From contig CAMDZW010000005.1 of assembly GCA_945911015.1 (NCBI GenBank), forward strand, positions 84,832-148,831: a stretch of 64,000 nt of DNA, written 5' to 3'. The notes below the pieces were generated by a model, which was not told where the DNA came from, did not search any database, and saw only the letters and a list, made by a program, of their open reading frames with translations. Below are positions 1-8,848 of the stretch, in pieces. Source of the DNA: an uncultured Propionibacteriaceae bacterium (GTDB lineage Bacteria; Actinomycetota; Actinomycetes; Propionibacteriales; Propionibacteriaceae). Each line of letters starts with the position of its first letter. Position 1 is the first letter of the stretch. Both the position numbers and the translations under genes were made by a program.

Positions 1-1047
1 TGGCCCTTGCGTCATCGACGGATCGGTCGGTTCGGCAGGTAGGTCGGTCGGCAGATCGGTCGCAGCCACCTGGGAATCAGCAGGGGCCATCGCCATCGCG
101 ATCTCCCCGGAGGTGGCCTGGGTCACCCGGTGCCCAGCATTCTCCAGCGCCTTGGCCTCCAACGGTCGCAGCGGGGCGAGGCCGTCAGCCAGCAACAGAT
201 AGACACTCGATCCGTCCGAGGCCTGGACCAGGTCGCCGACCTCGGTGGCCTCACCGACCGGGCGGTTGACCTCGGACCCCACCCCGGTCACCGAGGACAG
301 GATCCGTTCCGGGGTGAGTTCGCTGCCGACCGGGATGGTGGACAACAACCCGTACGCACTGGTGATCCGGGGATAGCGCAACATCACCGACAGCGCCGAC
401 TGCTCCGCACCGTCGGCCTTGTCGACCCGGTGGGCGATCCCGTCGGCGACCAGGAACTCGTTGCCCTCGCCGTCGACGAGGAAGACCGGCACCGAACGCT
501 CATCACCGACCTCGGTGCCCTCGCCGAACCGTACGGTCGTGTGCCGCTGCCCTGACCGGGCCGGATCCGGCGCGGTCGCGCAGACCTGCACCGGGTAGAG
601 GCCGAGGTCCTCCGGCTTGGGCAGCTGTCGGGGCGCGTCGGGGATGCCGAGCACCGGGCCGCGTTCAACACCCTGCAAGGACTTCGCCTTCAGGCTCACC
701 ACTTCGGCGGGGCTGCCGTCACTGGTGGCGGCTGCCAACTTGGCCGAGGTGATGTTGGTCATCGGATAGAGCGTCGGATTCTTGTACCAGTAGACCTGCC
801 CAGCCTCGGAGTCGATGACCACCAGGGTCTCGGACTCCTTCCAGGTCGAGTTGTTGCCGGGCTTGATCAGGCCCACCACTCCGAACCCGGCCATGATCAC
901 CACGGCGACCATGATGCTGGCGAAGATCCCCATCGAACTGCGACGCAGCGGCTGGTCGAGCTGGTCCGGGTCATGGGTGACCAGAGCCTTCACCAGGCGG
1001 TCAGCGGTGAACTTGTGCGCCTTGAGCAGGTCCTTGCGGCTGGCCAA
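1..1047 (-). CDS. eccB: Type VII secretion (ESX-type) membrane component EccB, N-terminal ~349 codons. The 3' end lies beyond the left window edge.
   Basis: The ORF is absent from the track because it is open at the window edge. My reverse-strand translation starts at TTG (1047-1045), with a GAGAGGA RBS-like element just upstream. It reads LASRKDLLKAHKFTADRLVKALVTHDPDQLDQPLRRSS, then one TM helix (MGIFASIMVAVVIMAGFGVVGLI), then a soluble domain in frame down to nt 1. This N-terminal motif plus a single TM is the EccB layout. GC3 is high and the gene is divergent from eccE. Confidence 0.85.
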   Translation of the reverse strand, partial: MASRKDLLKAHKFTADRLVKALVTHDPDQLDQPLRRSSMGIFASIMVAVVIMAGFGVVGLIKPGNNSTWKESETLVVIDSEAGQVYWYKNPTLYPMTNITSAKLAAATSDGSPAEVVSLKAKSLQGVERGPVLGIPDAPRQLPKPEDLGLYPVQVCATAPDPARSGQRHTTVRFGEGTEVGDERSVPVFLVDGEGNEFLVADGIAHRVDKADGAEQSALSVMLRYPRITSAYGLLSTIPVGSELTPERILSSVTGVGSEVNRPVGEATEVGDLVQASDGSSVYLLLADGLAPLRPLEAKALENAGHRVTQATSGEIAMAMAPADSQVAATDLPTDLPAEPTDPSMTQGP

Positions 1048-1179
1048 CGCGTTCTGTCCTCTCGCTCAGCGGATGATCGACCGCGCCTGAGCATTCCACT
1101 CAACAGGGCCAGCTGACCGCTCACCAATATGACGTGGTCGCGTTCTAGAGTATGGCCTGACCCGTGAGAAAGGGAACCA

Positions 1180-2346
1180 ATGGCTGACCGTGCCGCGACC
1201 CGTGGCCGCCGCGCCCGTGTGTTGTTGCCGTTCACCGGCAGAGCCGTCGCGGTCGAGATCGGCGTCGCTGCGGTCGCGCTCGCCATCCTCTCCGGACGTA
1301 CCTGGTGGATCGTGGGGGCCGCAGCCGCGCTCGTGGGGATCCTCGCTGTCGTGGTCCCGATCGCCGGTCGTTCACTCGGGGAGCGGGTACGGCTGCGTCT
1401 CAGCTATGCCCGGCGCCGGCCCACGCCGGTGCGCAGCGCCGGAGTTCCCTCCGACCTGGTGCCCCTGGTCGAATGGGTGCCGGGGCTGTCGGTCAGCCAG
1501 ACCCTGACCGGTCGCGGCGAGGAGGTCGGCGTGATCACCGACGGCACCGCCTGGACGGCCGTGCTGGCGATCACCTCCGACGACAACCTCATCGCCGACA
1601 AAGGCGAACAGCTCGACCTGACCGACCTGGCCGAGCTCACCATCCAGGATGATGTCATCTTCGCCGGGGTCCAGGTGGTCACCTACACCGTGCCTGCCCC
1701 GACGACCGTGCTGTTGGGGGGTGCTTCCCCTGCCGCGCAGGCCTACCGCCAGATCAGCCGTACGGTGCCACCGACGGTCCGCCGCACCTGGCTGTGCGTC
1801 CGGCTCGATCCTCGACTGTGCCTGCAGGCCGTCGAACGCCGCGGCATGGGCAAGGACGGCATCAACGCGACGCTGCGATTCGGGCTGCACCGGGTCCAGT
1901 CGGCGCTGAAGCGGCAGGGCATCTCGACCCGAGCCCTCGATCCGCTCGGCATCTATGAGGTGCTCGCCCTGACCGCCGGCTCCGGCCCGGATCCGGGTGA
2001 GACCCGATCGGCAGAACGCTGGCAGCACTGGAACTGTGACGGCCTGCACCACAGCGGGCACCTGATCAACCGGTGGGGGGCCAGCCCGTCGGCCGGCTAC
2101 GGCAAGCTGCTCGATGCGCTGGCCGGCGCGCCGGTGCTGTTCGCGGTCAGCTCCTACACCTTCACCCCGGGCCGGACCGCTGGCGGCGGGGTCCGGCTGG
2201 TCACCCCGGACGAGGCCGGCGCGGTCCGTGCCCAGGCCCATCTGCGTGATCAGCTGGGTCGTGCGGTGCGGCTTGCTCCGGCTGGCGGCACCCAGATCCC
2301 CTCGGTCCTGGCGACCGTCCCGCTCGGACGAGGAGCAGCCGCATGA
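1180..2346 (+). CDS. eccE: Type VII secretion protein EccE-like
   Basis: ATG 1180 is preceded by GAGAAAGGGA. A basic N-terminus (RGRRARVLLPF) is followed by two hydrophobic helices (AVAVEIGVAAVALAILS and WWIVGAAAALVGILAVVVPIA) and a ~300-aa soluble region, which is the EccE layout. It is embedded between eccB and eccD/eccC. Confidence 0.7.
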   Translation: MADRAATRGRRARVLLPFTGRAVAVEIGVAAVALAILSGRTWWIVGAAAALVGILAVVVPIAGRSLGERVRLRLSYARRRPTPVRSAGVPSDLVPLVEWVPGLSVSQTLTGRGEEVGVITDGTAWTAVLAITSDDNLIADKGEQLDLTDLAELTIQDDVIFAGVQVVTYTVPAPTTVLLGGASPAAQAYRQISRTVPPTVRRTWLCVRLDPRLCLQAVERRGMGKDGINATLRFGLHRVQSALKRQGISTRALDPLGIYEVLALTAGSGPDPGETRSAERWQHWNCDGLHHSGHLINRWGASPSAGYGKLLDALAGAPVLFAVSSYTFTPGRTAGGGVRLVTPDEAGAVRAQAHLRDQLGRAVRLAPAGGTQIPSVLATVPLGRGAAA

Positions 2347-3059
2347 GCGATTGGCAGATGGCGCCGCTGCCGGCCAAGCGGCGCAAGACCGAACCGATGG
2401 CCTGGGGCGGTGGTCCACCGCAGACCGAGGCACTTCCCGTACGGGCAGAGGTCGAGTCAGTCAGTACGGGACCGAGCGGGCTCATGCTCGGTGCCGGCAC
2501 CCACGGACCGGTCGCCATCCGGTTGTTTCGTCGGACCGGCACCCGATTGGCGCTGGCGGTGCCCGAGTACGTGACCTGGCTGCTGGCCTATCGGTGCATC
2601 TCCTTGGGCGCCCACCTGTCGATCCATGCCCAGGATCCGCGCCGCTGGGCGGGTCTGCTGGATGCCGTGCGGGTCGGCGGCGGTACCGCCGAGCTGCTCG
2701 GCCCGCAGGACCAGACGCCAACGGCGGGCCGCCCGTACCGACCGAGCGTCGTGATCGACGACTCCAGCCACTACGACGGGGTGCAGGTCCCGATCGGGCC
2801 GTGGCAGGCGCAACTGATCACCACCGATGTGAGCACCTCGAGCTCGGTGTTCACTTTGCGCAGCAGTGAGATGGCGCTGGTCGCGCCGATGAACGACAAG
2901 ACGGCCGCGAACTTGGGCCGGGCCTATGCGCTGACCACCCGGCAGCTGCGCAGTTGTCAGGACCTGATGGCCAATGAGGTCGTGCTGGCCATGCCGCGAC
3001 GGGCGGTCAAGATTGCGGTCCCGCCGACCAAGTTGGAGTACCAGCAGCTCTTCGCCTGA
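2343..3059 (+). CDS. Hypothetical T7SS-associated protein, 238 aa, possibly a degenerate P-loop-less FtsK/SpoIIIE-like domain
   Basis: Its ATG overlaps the eccE stop (ATGA at 2343-2346). GC3 is high throughout. There are no TM helices. VVIDD and G..HGPVAIRLF segments resemble the strands flanking the P-loops of the eccC in this window, but no GxxGxGK[ST] motif is present. Confidence 0.6.
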   Translation: MSDWQMAPLPAKRRKTEPMAWGGGPPQTEALPVRAEVESVSTGPSGLMLGAGTHGPVAIRLFRRTGTRLALAVPEYVTWLLAYRCISLGAHLSIHAQDPRRWAGLLDAVRVGGGTAELLGPQDQTPTAGRPYRPSVVIDDSSHYDGVQVPIGPWQAQLITTDVSTSSSVFTLRSSEMALVAPMNDKTAANLGRAYALTTRQLRSCQDLMANEVVLAMPRRAVKIAVPPTKLEYQQLFA

Positions 3060-3065
3060 GCCGGG

Positions 3066-4433
3066 TCAGCCGGCCAGCCCGTGCGCCCAGGCGTACAGAT
3101 TGAGCACTGCCAGGGTCAGCGGCACGATCGCGATCACGGCCAGCCATTCGAAGACGTCACCGACCCGTCCCCAGACCGGCGAGGGGATCTTGTCGGCGTA
3201 CTGGGAGGCATAGCCGATCAGGATTGCGGCCGCGATCATCACCACCGCGACGGTGACCACCAGCCGCAGCACGTCGGTGGGGATCATCGCCAGACCCAGT
3301 GACGCCGTCCCGATCAGGATCAGGGCGCCGGCCACCAGCAGCGGCAGGCGGTGGGCCAGCGAGATGAAGGCCCGCGACCGCAGCACCAGCGCCAACCCGA
3401 CCACACCGACCAGGGCAACGACGAACCAGTCGGCGCGCGGGATGATCCGGATGCAGCACAGCACCACGGTGATCGCGGTGGCCAACAGGAAGGAGCCCAG
3501 GACCCGATCGGCCAAGAGCGCCCGCTGCACGATGTCAGGCTGCAAGGGGGTGTCGTCGGCCATCAGTGTCTCGGCTGAACTCGGCAGGTTCGGCATCGCG
3601 ATCCGGGCCAACTTGTACGACCACGGGGCCAGCCAGCTCGTCACCGCCATCACCACCGCCAAAGTGACCGCAGCGATCTGGATCTCCTTGCCGGGCAGCA
3701 ACACCGCAACGATCTCGGCGATCACCACGATCAAGGCGGAGACTCCCACGGCCAGGAACCCGAAACTGTTGACCCGGGCACCCAGCGCCATCACCGCCGA
3801 AACGAGCAGCACCGCCGCAGCCGCGGTCAAGGTGGTGATCGCGACGCCCTCGTCCAGGACGAACCAGCCGGCCAGGCCGGCCTGGCCCACCGAGATCCAG
3901 GCCAGGGCAGAAGCCGGGGTCCGCAGTCCGAAGGCCCGTGCGGTGATCACTGCGGCAAATCCGGTCGCCACCGCGAGGCCGGCGGTGACCAGTGCCTCGG
4001 CCAGGGTGGCGTGGCGGAACAGCAGCATCATGGGCAGGCCGAGCAGCAGCACCGCAGCCACGACCAGGGCGATGATGACACTGTTGGTCGGACGCCAGGC
4101 CGGCTGGGTGGCGGTTGAGGTGGCGACGGCATCGACGACATCGTCGAAGGCCGCATCGGGCATGGCTGCCTCGAGCTGGCGCAGATGGAGGGTTTCGCCG
4201 TCGCGGATGTTCAGGTCGGCGACCTCACGGGTCGGATCGAGCGGATCCTCACCGAAGCGCTGCAACACCCAGGTGTGGACCACATCGGTGGCCGTGCCGC
4301 CCTCGTACCCGGAGAACCGCAGGATGTTGGGCATGATCTCGCCGAGCGTGGTGCCGCCGGGGAGCGCCAGGTCGATGCGTCGGATCGGAGAAATCACGGT
4401 GACGCGGGTCAGGTCGGCCCCTGCTGCACTCAT
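3066..4433 (-). CDS. eccD: Type VII secretion integral membrane protein EccD
   Basis: The N-terminal ~90 aa look like a YukD/ubiquitin-like domain (LTRVTVISPIRRIDLALPGGTTLGEIMPNILRFSG...DGETLHLRQ). About 11 hydrophobic helices follow. The gene is divergent from eccC. Confidence 0.85.
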   Translation of the reverse strand: MSAAGADLTRVTVISPIRRIDLALPGGTTLGEIMPNILRFSGYEGGTATDVVHTWVLQRFGEDPLDPTREVADLNIRDGETLHLRQLEAAMPDAAFDDVVDAVATSTATQPAWRPTNSVIIALVVAAVLLLGLPMMLLFRHATLAEALVTAGLAVATGFAAVITARAFGLRTPASALAWISVGQAGLAGWFVLDEGVAITTLTAAAAVLLVSAVMALGARVNSFGFLAVGVSALIVVIAEIVAVLLPGKEIQIAAVTLAVVMAVTSWLAPWSYKLARIAMPNLPSSAETLMADDTPLQPDIVQRALLADRVLGSFLLATAITVVLCCIRIIPRADWFVVALVGVVGLALVLRSRAFISLAHRLPLLVAGALILIGTASLGLAMIPTDVLRLVVTVAVVMIAAAILIGYASQYADKIPSPVWGRVGDVFEWLAVIAIVPLTLAVLNLYAWAHGLAG

Positions 4434-4525
4434 GGGGTGCAGGCTAGCGAATCCAGGGATCGAGTGGACTGCCTGTCCCGATAGGGTGATCGAGTCGTCG
4501 AGTCGAATCCCAGGGAAGAGGAGGC

Positions 4526-7500
4526 ATGGGACAGATCATCTGGTCGCGCGGGCGCCGCGCGGATGCCCCACCCATGCCGCGGGGGGACCTGCTTCTCGAA
4601 TCACCTCCCGAGATCCCGCCCCCGCCGGGTTCGAAGGGTTTCGGCAAACTGCTGCGGATCCTGCCGATGGTGGCCGGAGCCGGTGCGATGGCCCTGATGA
4701 TGAGCGGCGGCATGATGGGCGGCGGGAGCGGCCGCGGCGTCATGGGCGGGCTGATGGGCGGCCTCTATGCGGTGTCCATGCTCGGCATGATGTTGAGCCA
4801 GGCTGGTCAGGGCAACGACGACAGCTCGATCCAACTCGATGCGGCCCGCCGCGACTACTTCCGCTACCTGGGCCAGACCCGTCGCAAGGTCCGCAAGGCG
4901 GCCGAGGACCAGCGTCGTGCGGTCAGCTGGCGGCATCCGGCACCGTCGGTGCTGTGGTCGGTGATCGGGCGCCGTCGGATGTGGGAACGTCGGGTCGACG
5001 CCGACGACTTCATGTCGGTCCGGATCTCGGAGGGGCCGCAGCAGTTCGCGCAGCGGATCACCCCGCCGGAGTCGAAACCGGTCGAGGACCTCGAACCGCT
5101 CACCACCGGAGCGTTGCGCCGGTTCATCCGCACCCACCGTACGGTCGACAATGTTCCGCTCGCGCTGAGCCTGAAGGTCTTCGGGACGATCCAGCTGATC
5201 GGCGACCTGGACAGCGAACGGGCGTTGGCCCGAGCGATGGTCGCCCAGATCGCGACCTGGCACACGCCGAGCGACTGCCGGATCCTGTTCTGTGTCTCGG
5301 CCGAGAACCGGGAACACTGGGACTGGGCGAAGTGGCTGCCGCATGCCCAGCATCCGACCCGCCGTGACGGTGCCGGGGCGATCCGTCTCTTCGCCACCAA
5401 CAGTGCCGAGCTGGCCCAGATCGGCGACGGTGCCGCCGGGCTCGCCGACGATGCCCCGGCCCATGTCGTGGTCGTGGCTGACGGGGTCGGCGCCTTGGCG
5501 GTCGATGCGCTGGGTTCGCCCGACACCAAGGTCACGTTGATCGACGTGACCACGATCCGGGAACGTCCCCGTCGAGTGGAGGCCGGGGCCGCCGTGCTGG
5601 AGGTCAGGCCGGACTCACTGCTGCTGCACCGTCGACAGCAGTCCGGACAGGTCGCGCGGACCCCGCTGGGCCGACCCGATGCGATCTCACTCGGCGTGGC
5701 CGAGACGCTGGCGCGGGAGCTCGCCCCGTACGTGATGCCGACCAAGGCCGTTCAGGCGCAGGAGGAGGAGACCACCGACGAAGCGGTCTTCGAGGCGCCG
5801 AAGGATTTCCCGGCGATGCTCGGACAGACCGATCCGATCAATTTCGACCTGCGCAACAACTGGCGGTTGCGGCCGATGCACCAGCGACTGCGGATCCCGT
5901 TCGGCACCGGTGTCGACGGGCGGCCCGTCGAGCTGGACATCAAGGAGTCCGCGTTGGGCGGCATGGGCCCCCACGGCATCTGCATCGGCGCGACCGGTTC
6001 GGGCAAGTCGGAGTTCCTGCGGACCCTGGTGCTCGGCCTGGCCATGACCCACTCCTCGGAGTCGCTCAACTTCGTGCTGGTCGACTTCAAGGGTGGCGCG
6101 ACCTTCCTCGGGCTGGACCAGCTGCCCCACGTGTCAGCAGTGATCACCAACCTCGAAGGCGAACTGACCCTGGTCGACCGCATGCAGGATGCGATCGCCG
6201 GCGAGATGGAACGACGGATGGAGGTGCTGCGCTCAGCCGGCAACTTCAAGAACCGTGAGGACTACGAGCAGGCCCGGTTGGACGGGGCGGACATCCCGCC
6301 GATGCCGAGCCTGTTCATCGTGGTCGACGAGTTCTCCGAGTTGCTTGCCGCACGGCCGGAATTCATCGAGCTGTTCATCCAGATCGGCCGGATCGGGCGG
6401 TCGGTGGCGGTGCACCAGCTGTTGGCGTCCCAGCGGCTCGAAGAGGGCAAGTTGCGTGGTCTGGACACCTTCTTGTCGTACCGGATCGCGCTGCGCACCT
6501 TCTCCGCCGCCGAGTCCCGTACGGTGATCGGCGTCCCCGATGCGTACGAGCTGCCGTCGGGGCCGGGCAACGGCTATCTGAAGTACGACACGACCAACAT
6601 GCTGCAGTTCAAGGCCGCCTATGTGTCAGGGCCGTGGACCGGCAGCGGCTCCGGTGGCGTCATCGGCAGCAGCTCCGGGGGCATGTTGGCCGCATCCGCC
6701 CTGGGCTCGCGCGGGTGGATCCCGCCGGTGCTGGAGTTCTCTGCGGGATCGGTGCCGCTGGTGGAGCCGCCGGTCGAGGTGGAGACTGCTGCAGGGGAGA
6801 CCGAGGACGAGGTGGACGAGCCGAGTGGCGAGTCCAGGCCCGAGGAGGACGAGTCCGAGACACTGCTCAACCTGGTGGTCAGCAAGTTGAAGGGTCAGGG
6901 GTACCCGGCGCACCAGGTGTGGCTGCCTCCGCTGGATCATCCGCCGACGGTCAATCAGTTGCTCGGCAGCGAACTCGTCGTCGATCCGCAGCGTGGCCTG
7001 ACCACCGCCGACACCCGTTTGCACCACACCTTGATGGCGACCCCGGCCCTGGTCGACCGGCCACGTCAGCAGCGACGTGACCCGATGTGGCTGGACTTCT
7101 CCGGTGCCGGTGGACACCTGGCTGTGGTTGGTGGACCGCAGTCGGGCAAGAGCACGGCCCTGAGGACCCTGATCGCCTCACTGGCATTGACCCACACCCC
7201 TCAGGAAGTTGGCTTCTACGCGCTCGACTTCGGTGGTGGCTCCTTGGCGTCGTTGCGGGATCTGCCCCATGTGGGCTCGGTCTGTGGCCGCCTCGACACC
7301 GACCGCGTACGGCGGACCATTGCCGAGATGACCTCGCTGATGCAGAGCCGGGAGCTGGCCTTCGCCGAGCACGGCATCGACTCGATGGCCACCTATCGGC
7401 GCGGACGACGGGATCAGACGATCCCCGCTGACCGGTTCCCGACCGATGTCTTCCTCGTGGTCGACGGCTGGGGAACCCTGCGGGAGGACTTCTCCGAACA

Positions 7501-8605
7501 GGAATCAGTGCTGACCCAGCTGGCCGCCCGTGGCCTCAGCTTCGGCATCCACCTGGCCGCCACCGGCAACAAGTGGTCCGACCTGCGGATGGCGATCCGC
7601 GACCTCCTGCAGAGCCGGATCGAACTGAAGCTCGGTGACGCCTTCGAGTCCGAGATCGACCGCAAGGTCGCCGCTCTGGTGCCGCAGGGCCGGCCGGGAC
7701 GCGGTCTGTCCGCCGACAAGCTGCACATGATCACCGGTGTGCCCCGCATCGACGGCGTCGAATCGGCTGACGACCTGGTGTCGGCGGTACGGGACCTGAT
7801 TGCCCAGGTGAAGCAGGCCTGGCCGGGGCCGAGTGCGGCCGAGGTCCGGATGCTGCCTGAACTGCTGCCCCGGGAGTCGCTGCCCGCGATCAGTCACGAC
7901 CCACGCGACCGGTCGATCCCGATCGGTGTCGACGAGCTCGAACTGGCGCCGTGGTCATGGGATCCCAATGTCGATCCGCACTTCGTCGCCTTCGGTGCCC
8001 CGGAGTCCGGCAAGTCGTCCCTGGTCCGCACCTTCCTGTCCGGCATCACCACCCGGTACACCGGCAAGGAGGCCAAGATCCTGCTGCTCGACTATCGCCG
8101 AGCACACCTGGGCTATGTCGAGGGCGATCATCTGCTCGGCTATGCCGCCTCGCATGATGCCGCCACCGAGCTGTTGGCCGGTTGTGCCGAGGCCATCAAG
8201 GCCCGTGTGCCCGGACCCGATGTCACCCAGCAGCAACTGCGGGATCGCTCCTGGTGGTCGGGGGTCGACCTCTTCGTCGTGATCGACGACTACGAGCTGG
8301 TGGCCACCAGCCTCGGCAACCCGCTGATGGCGCTGGCCCCGTATGTGAGCCAGGGTCTCGATGTCGGACTGCACATCGTCATTGCCCGCGGCATGGGTGG
8401 CGCCGGCCGAGCCGCCTTCGGCGACCAGATCATCGCCCGCATGAAGGATCAGGTGAACCCTGGCCTCATCATGAGCGGCACCAAGGATGAGGGCGCCCTG
8501 CTCGCCGATGTGAAGCCCTCGCCGCTGCCGCCCGGCCGCGGCACCCTGGTCTCCCGGGCAGGAAAGGTCCTGGTCCAGACTGCGTGGACCCCGCCACAGG
8601 AGTGA
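4526..8605 (+). CDS. eccC: Type VII secretion FtsK/SpoIIIE-family ATPase EccC, unsplit, with three ATPase domains
   Basis: RBS GGAAGAGGAGG precedes ATG 4526. N-terminal TM helices are present. There are three P-loops (GATGSGKSEFL, GGPQSGKSTAL, GAPESGKSSLV), each followed by a Walker B strand (LFIVVDEF, VFLVVDGW, LFVVIDDY). The protein is 1359 aa. Confidence 0.95.
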   Translation: MGQIIWSRGRRADAPPMPRGDLLLESPPEIPPPPGSKGFGKLLRILPMVAGAGAMALMMSGGMMGGGSGRGVMGGLMGGLYAVSMLGMMLSQAGQGNDDSSIQLDAARRDYFRYLGQTRRKVRKAAEDQRRAVSWRHPAPSVLWSVIGRRRMWERRVDADDFMSVRISEGPQQFAQRITPPESKPVEDLEPLTTGALRRFIRTHRTVDNVPLALSLKVFGTIQLIGDLDSERALARAMVAQIATWHTPSDCRILFCVSAENREHWDWAKWLPHAQHPTRRDGAGAIRLFATNSAELAQIGDGAAGLADDAPAHVVVVADGVGALAVDALGSPDTKVTLIDVTTIRERPRRVEAGAAVLEVRPDSLLLHRRQQSGQVARTPLGRPDAISLGVAETLARELAPYVMPTKAVQAQEEETTDEAVFEAPKDFPAMLGQTDPINFDLRNNWRLRPMHQRLRIPFGTGVDGRPVELDIKESALGGMGPHGICIGATGSGKSEFLRTLVLGLAMTHSSESLNFVLVDFKGGATFLGLDQLPHVSAVITNLEGELTLVDRMQDAIAGEMERRMEVLRSAGNFKNREDYEQARLDGADIPPMPSLFIVVDEFSELLAARPEFIELFIQIGRIGRSVAVHQLLASQRLEEGKLRGLDTFLSYRIALRTFSAAESRTVIGVPDAYELPSGPGNGYLKYDTTNMLQFKAAYVSGPWTGSGSGGVIGSSSGGMLAASALGSRGWIPPVLEFSAGSVPLVEPPVEVETAAGETEDEVDEPSGESRPEEDESETLLNLVVSKLKGQGYPAHQVWLPPLDHPPTVNQLLGSELVVDPQRGLTTADTRLHHTLMATPALVDRPRQQRRDPMWLDFSGAGGHLAVVGGPQSGKSTALRTLIASLALTHTPQEVGFYALDFGGGSLASLRDLPHVGSVCGRLDTDRVRRTIAEMTSLMQSRELAFAEHGIDSMATYRRGRRDQTIPADRFPTDVFLVVDGWGTLREDFSEQESVLTQLAARGLSFGIHLAATGNKWSDLRMAIRDLLQSRIELKLGDAFESEIDRKVAALVPQGRPGRGLSADKLHMITGVPRIDGVESADDLVSAVRDLIAQVKQAWPGPSAAEVRMLPELLPRESLPAISHDPRDRSIPIGVDELELAPWSWDPNVDPHFVAFGAPESGKSSLVRTFLSGITTRYTGKEAKILLLDYRRAHLGYVEGDHLLGYAASHDAATELLAGCAEAIKARVPGPDVTQQQLRDRSWWSGVDLFVVIDDYELVATSLGNPLMALAPYVSQGLDVGLHIVIARGMGGAGRAAFGDQIIARMKDQVNPGLIMSGTKDEGALLADVKPSPLPPGRGTLVSRAGKVLVQTAWTPPQE

Positions 8606-8622
8606 GGCTGCCGGGCCCGGGA

Positions 8623-8753
8623 CGAGGATTTCCGACCCAGTCCAGCCCGGCAGTCCAGCCCAGCCCGGCGAGGATTTGACCCAAAAGGCGCGGCCGGGGT
8701 CAGGGTTTCCGACCCATTGATCGCCCCCAGCGAGGATTCTGACCCAAAAGGCG
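8623..8753. repeat. Four imperfect direct copies of CGAGGATT(T/C)-(C)(C/T)GACCCA in the convergent eccC/mycP intergenic region. Two copies extend to GACCCAAAAGGCG.
   Basis: The copies are at 8623-8639 (cgaggatttccgaccca), 8669-8690 (cgaggatttgacccaaaaggcg), 8702-8717 (agggtttccgacccat) and 8731-8753 (cgaggattctgacccaaaaggcg). A TGGTGCY heptamer run follows at 8804-8840. Confidence 0.6.
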
Positions 8754-8848
8754 GGATTGAAGCGTTCCACGACGTCCGTTCGGTCGGAATGGTGGGGCGC
8801 GCCTGGTGCCTGGTGCTTGGTGCTGCTGCTTGGTGCCTGGCGGCAGTG

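Noticed and set aside
3253-5367. 704-aa ORF on the + strand spanning eccD and the start of eccC
   Set aside because: It is antisense to eccD, which has a clear YukD-like domain and 11 TM helices. Its translation is a low-complexity Ala/Ser/Thr/Arg-rich string. This is a typical shadow ORF in high-GC DNA.
8623-8753. Possible CRISPR-like array in the eccC/mycP intergenic repeats
   Set aside because: The repeats are short (16-23 nt), imperfect and irregularly spaced (about 29-46 nt apart, start to start). There are only four copies and no cas genes nearby.
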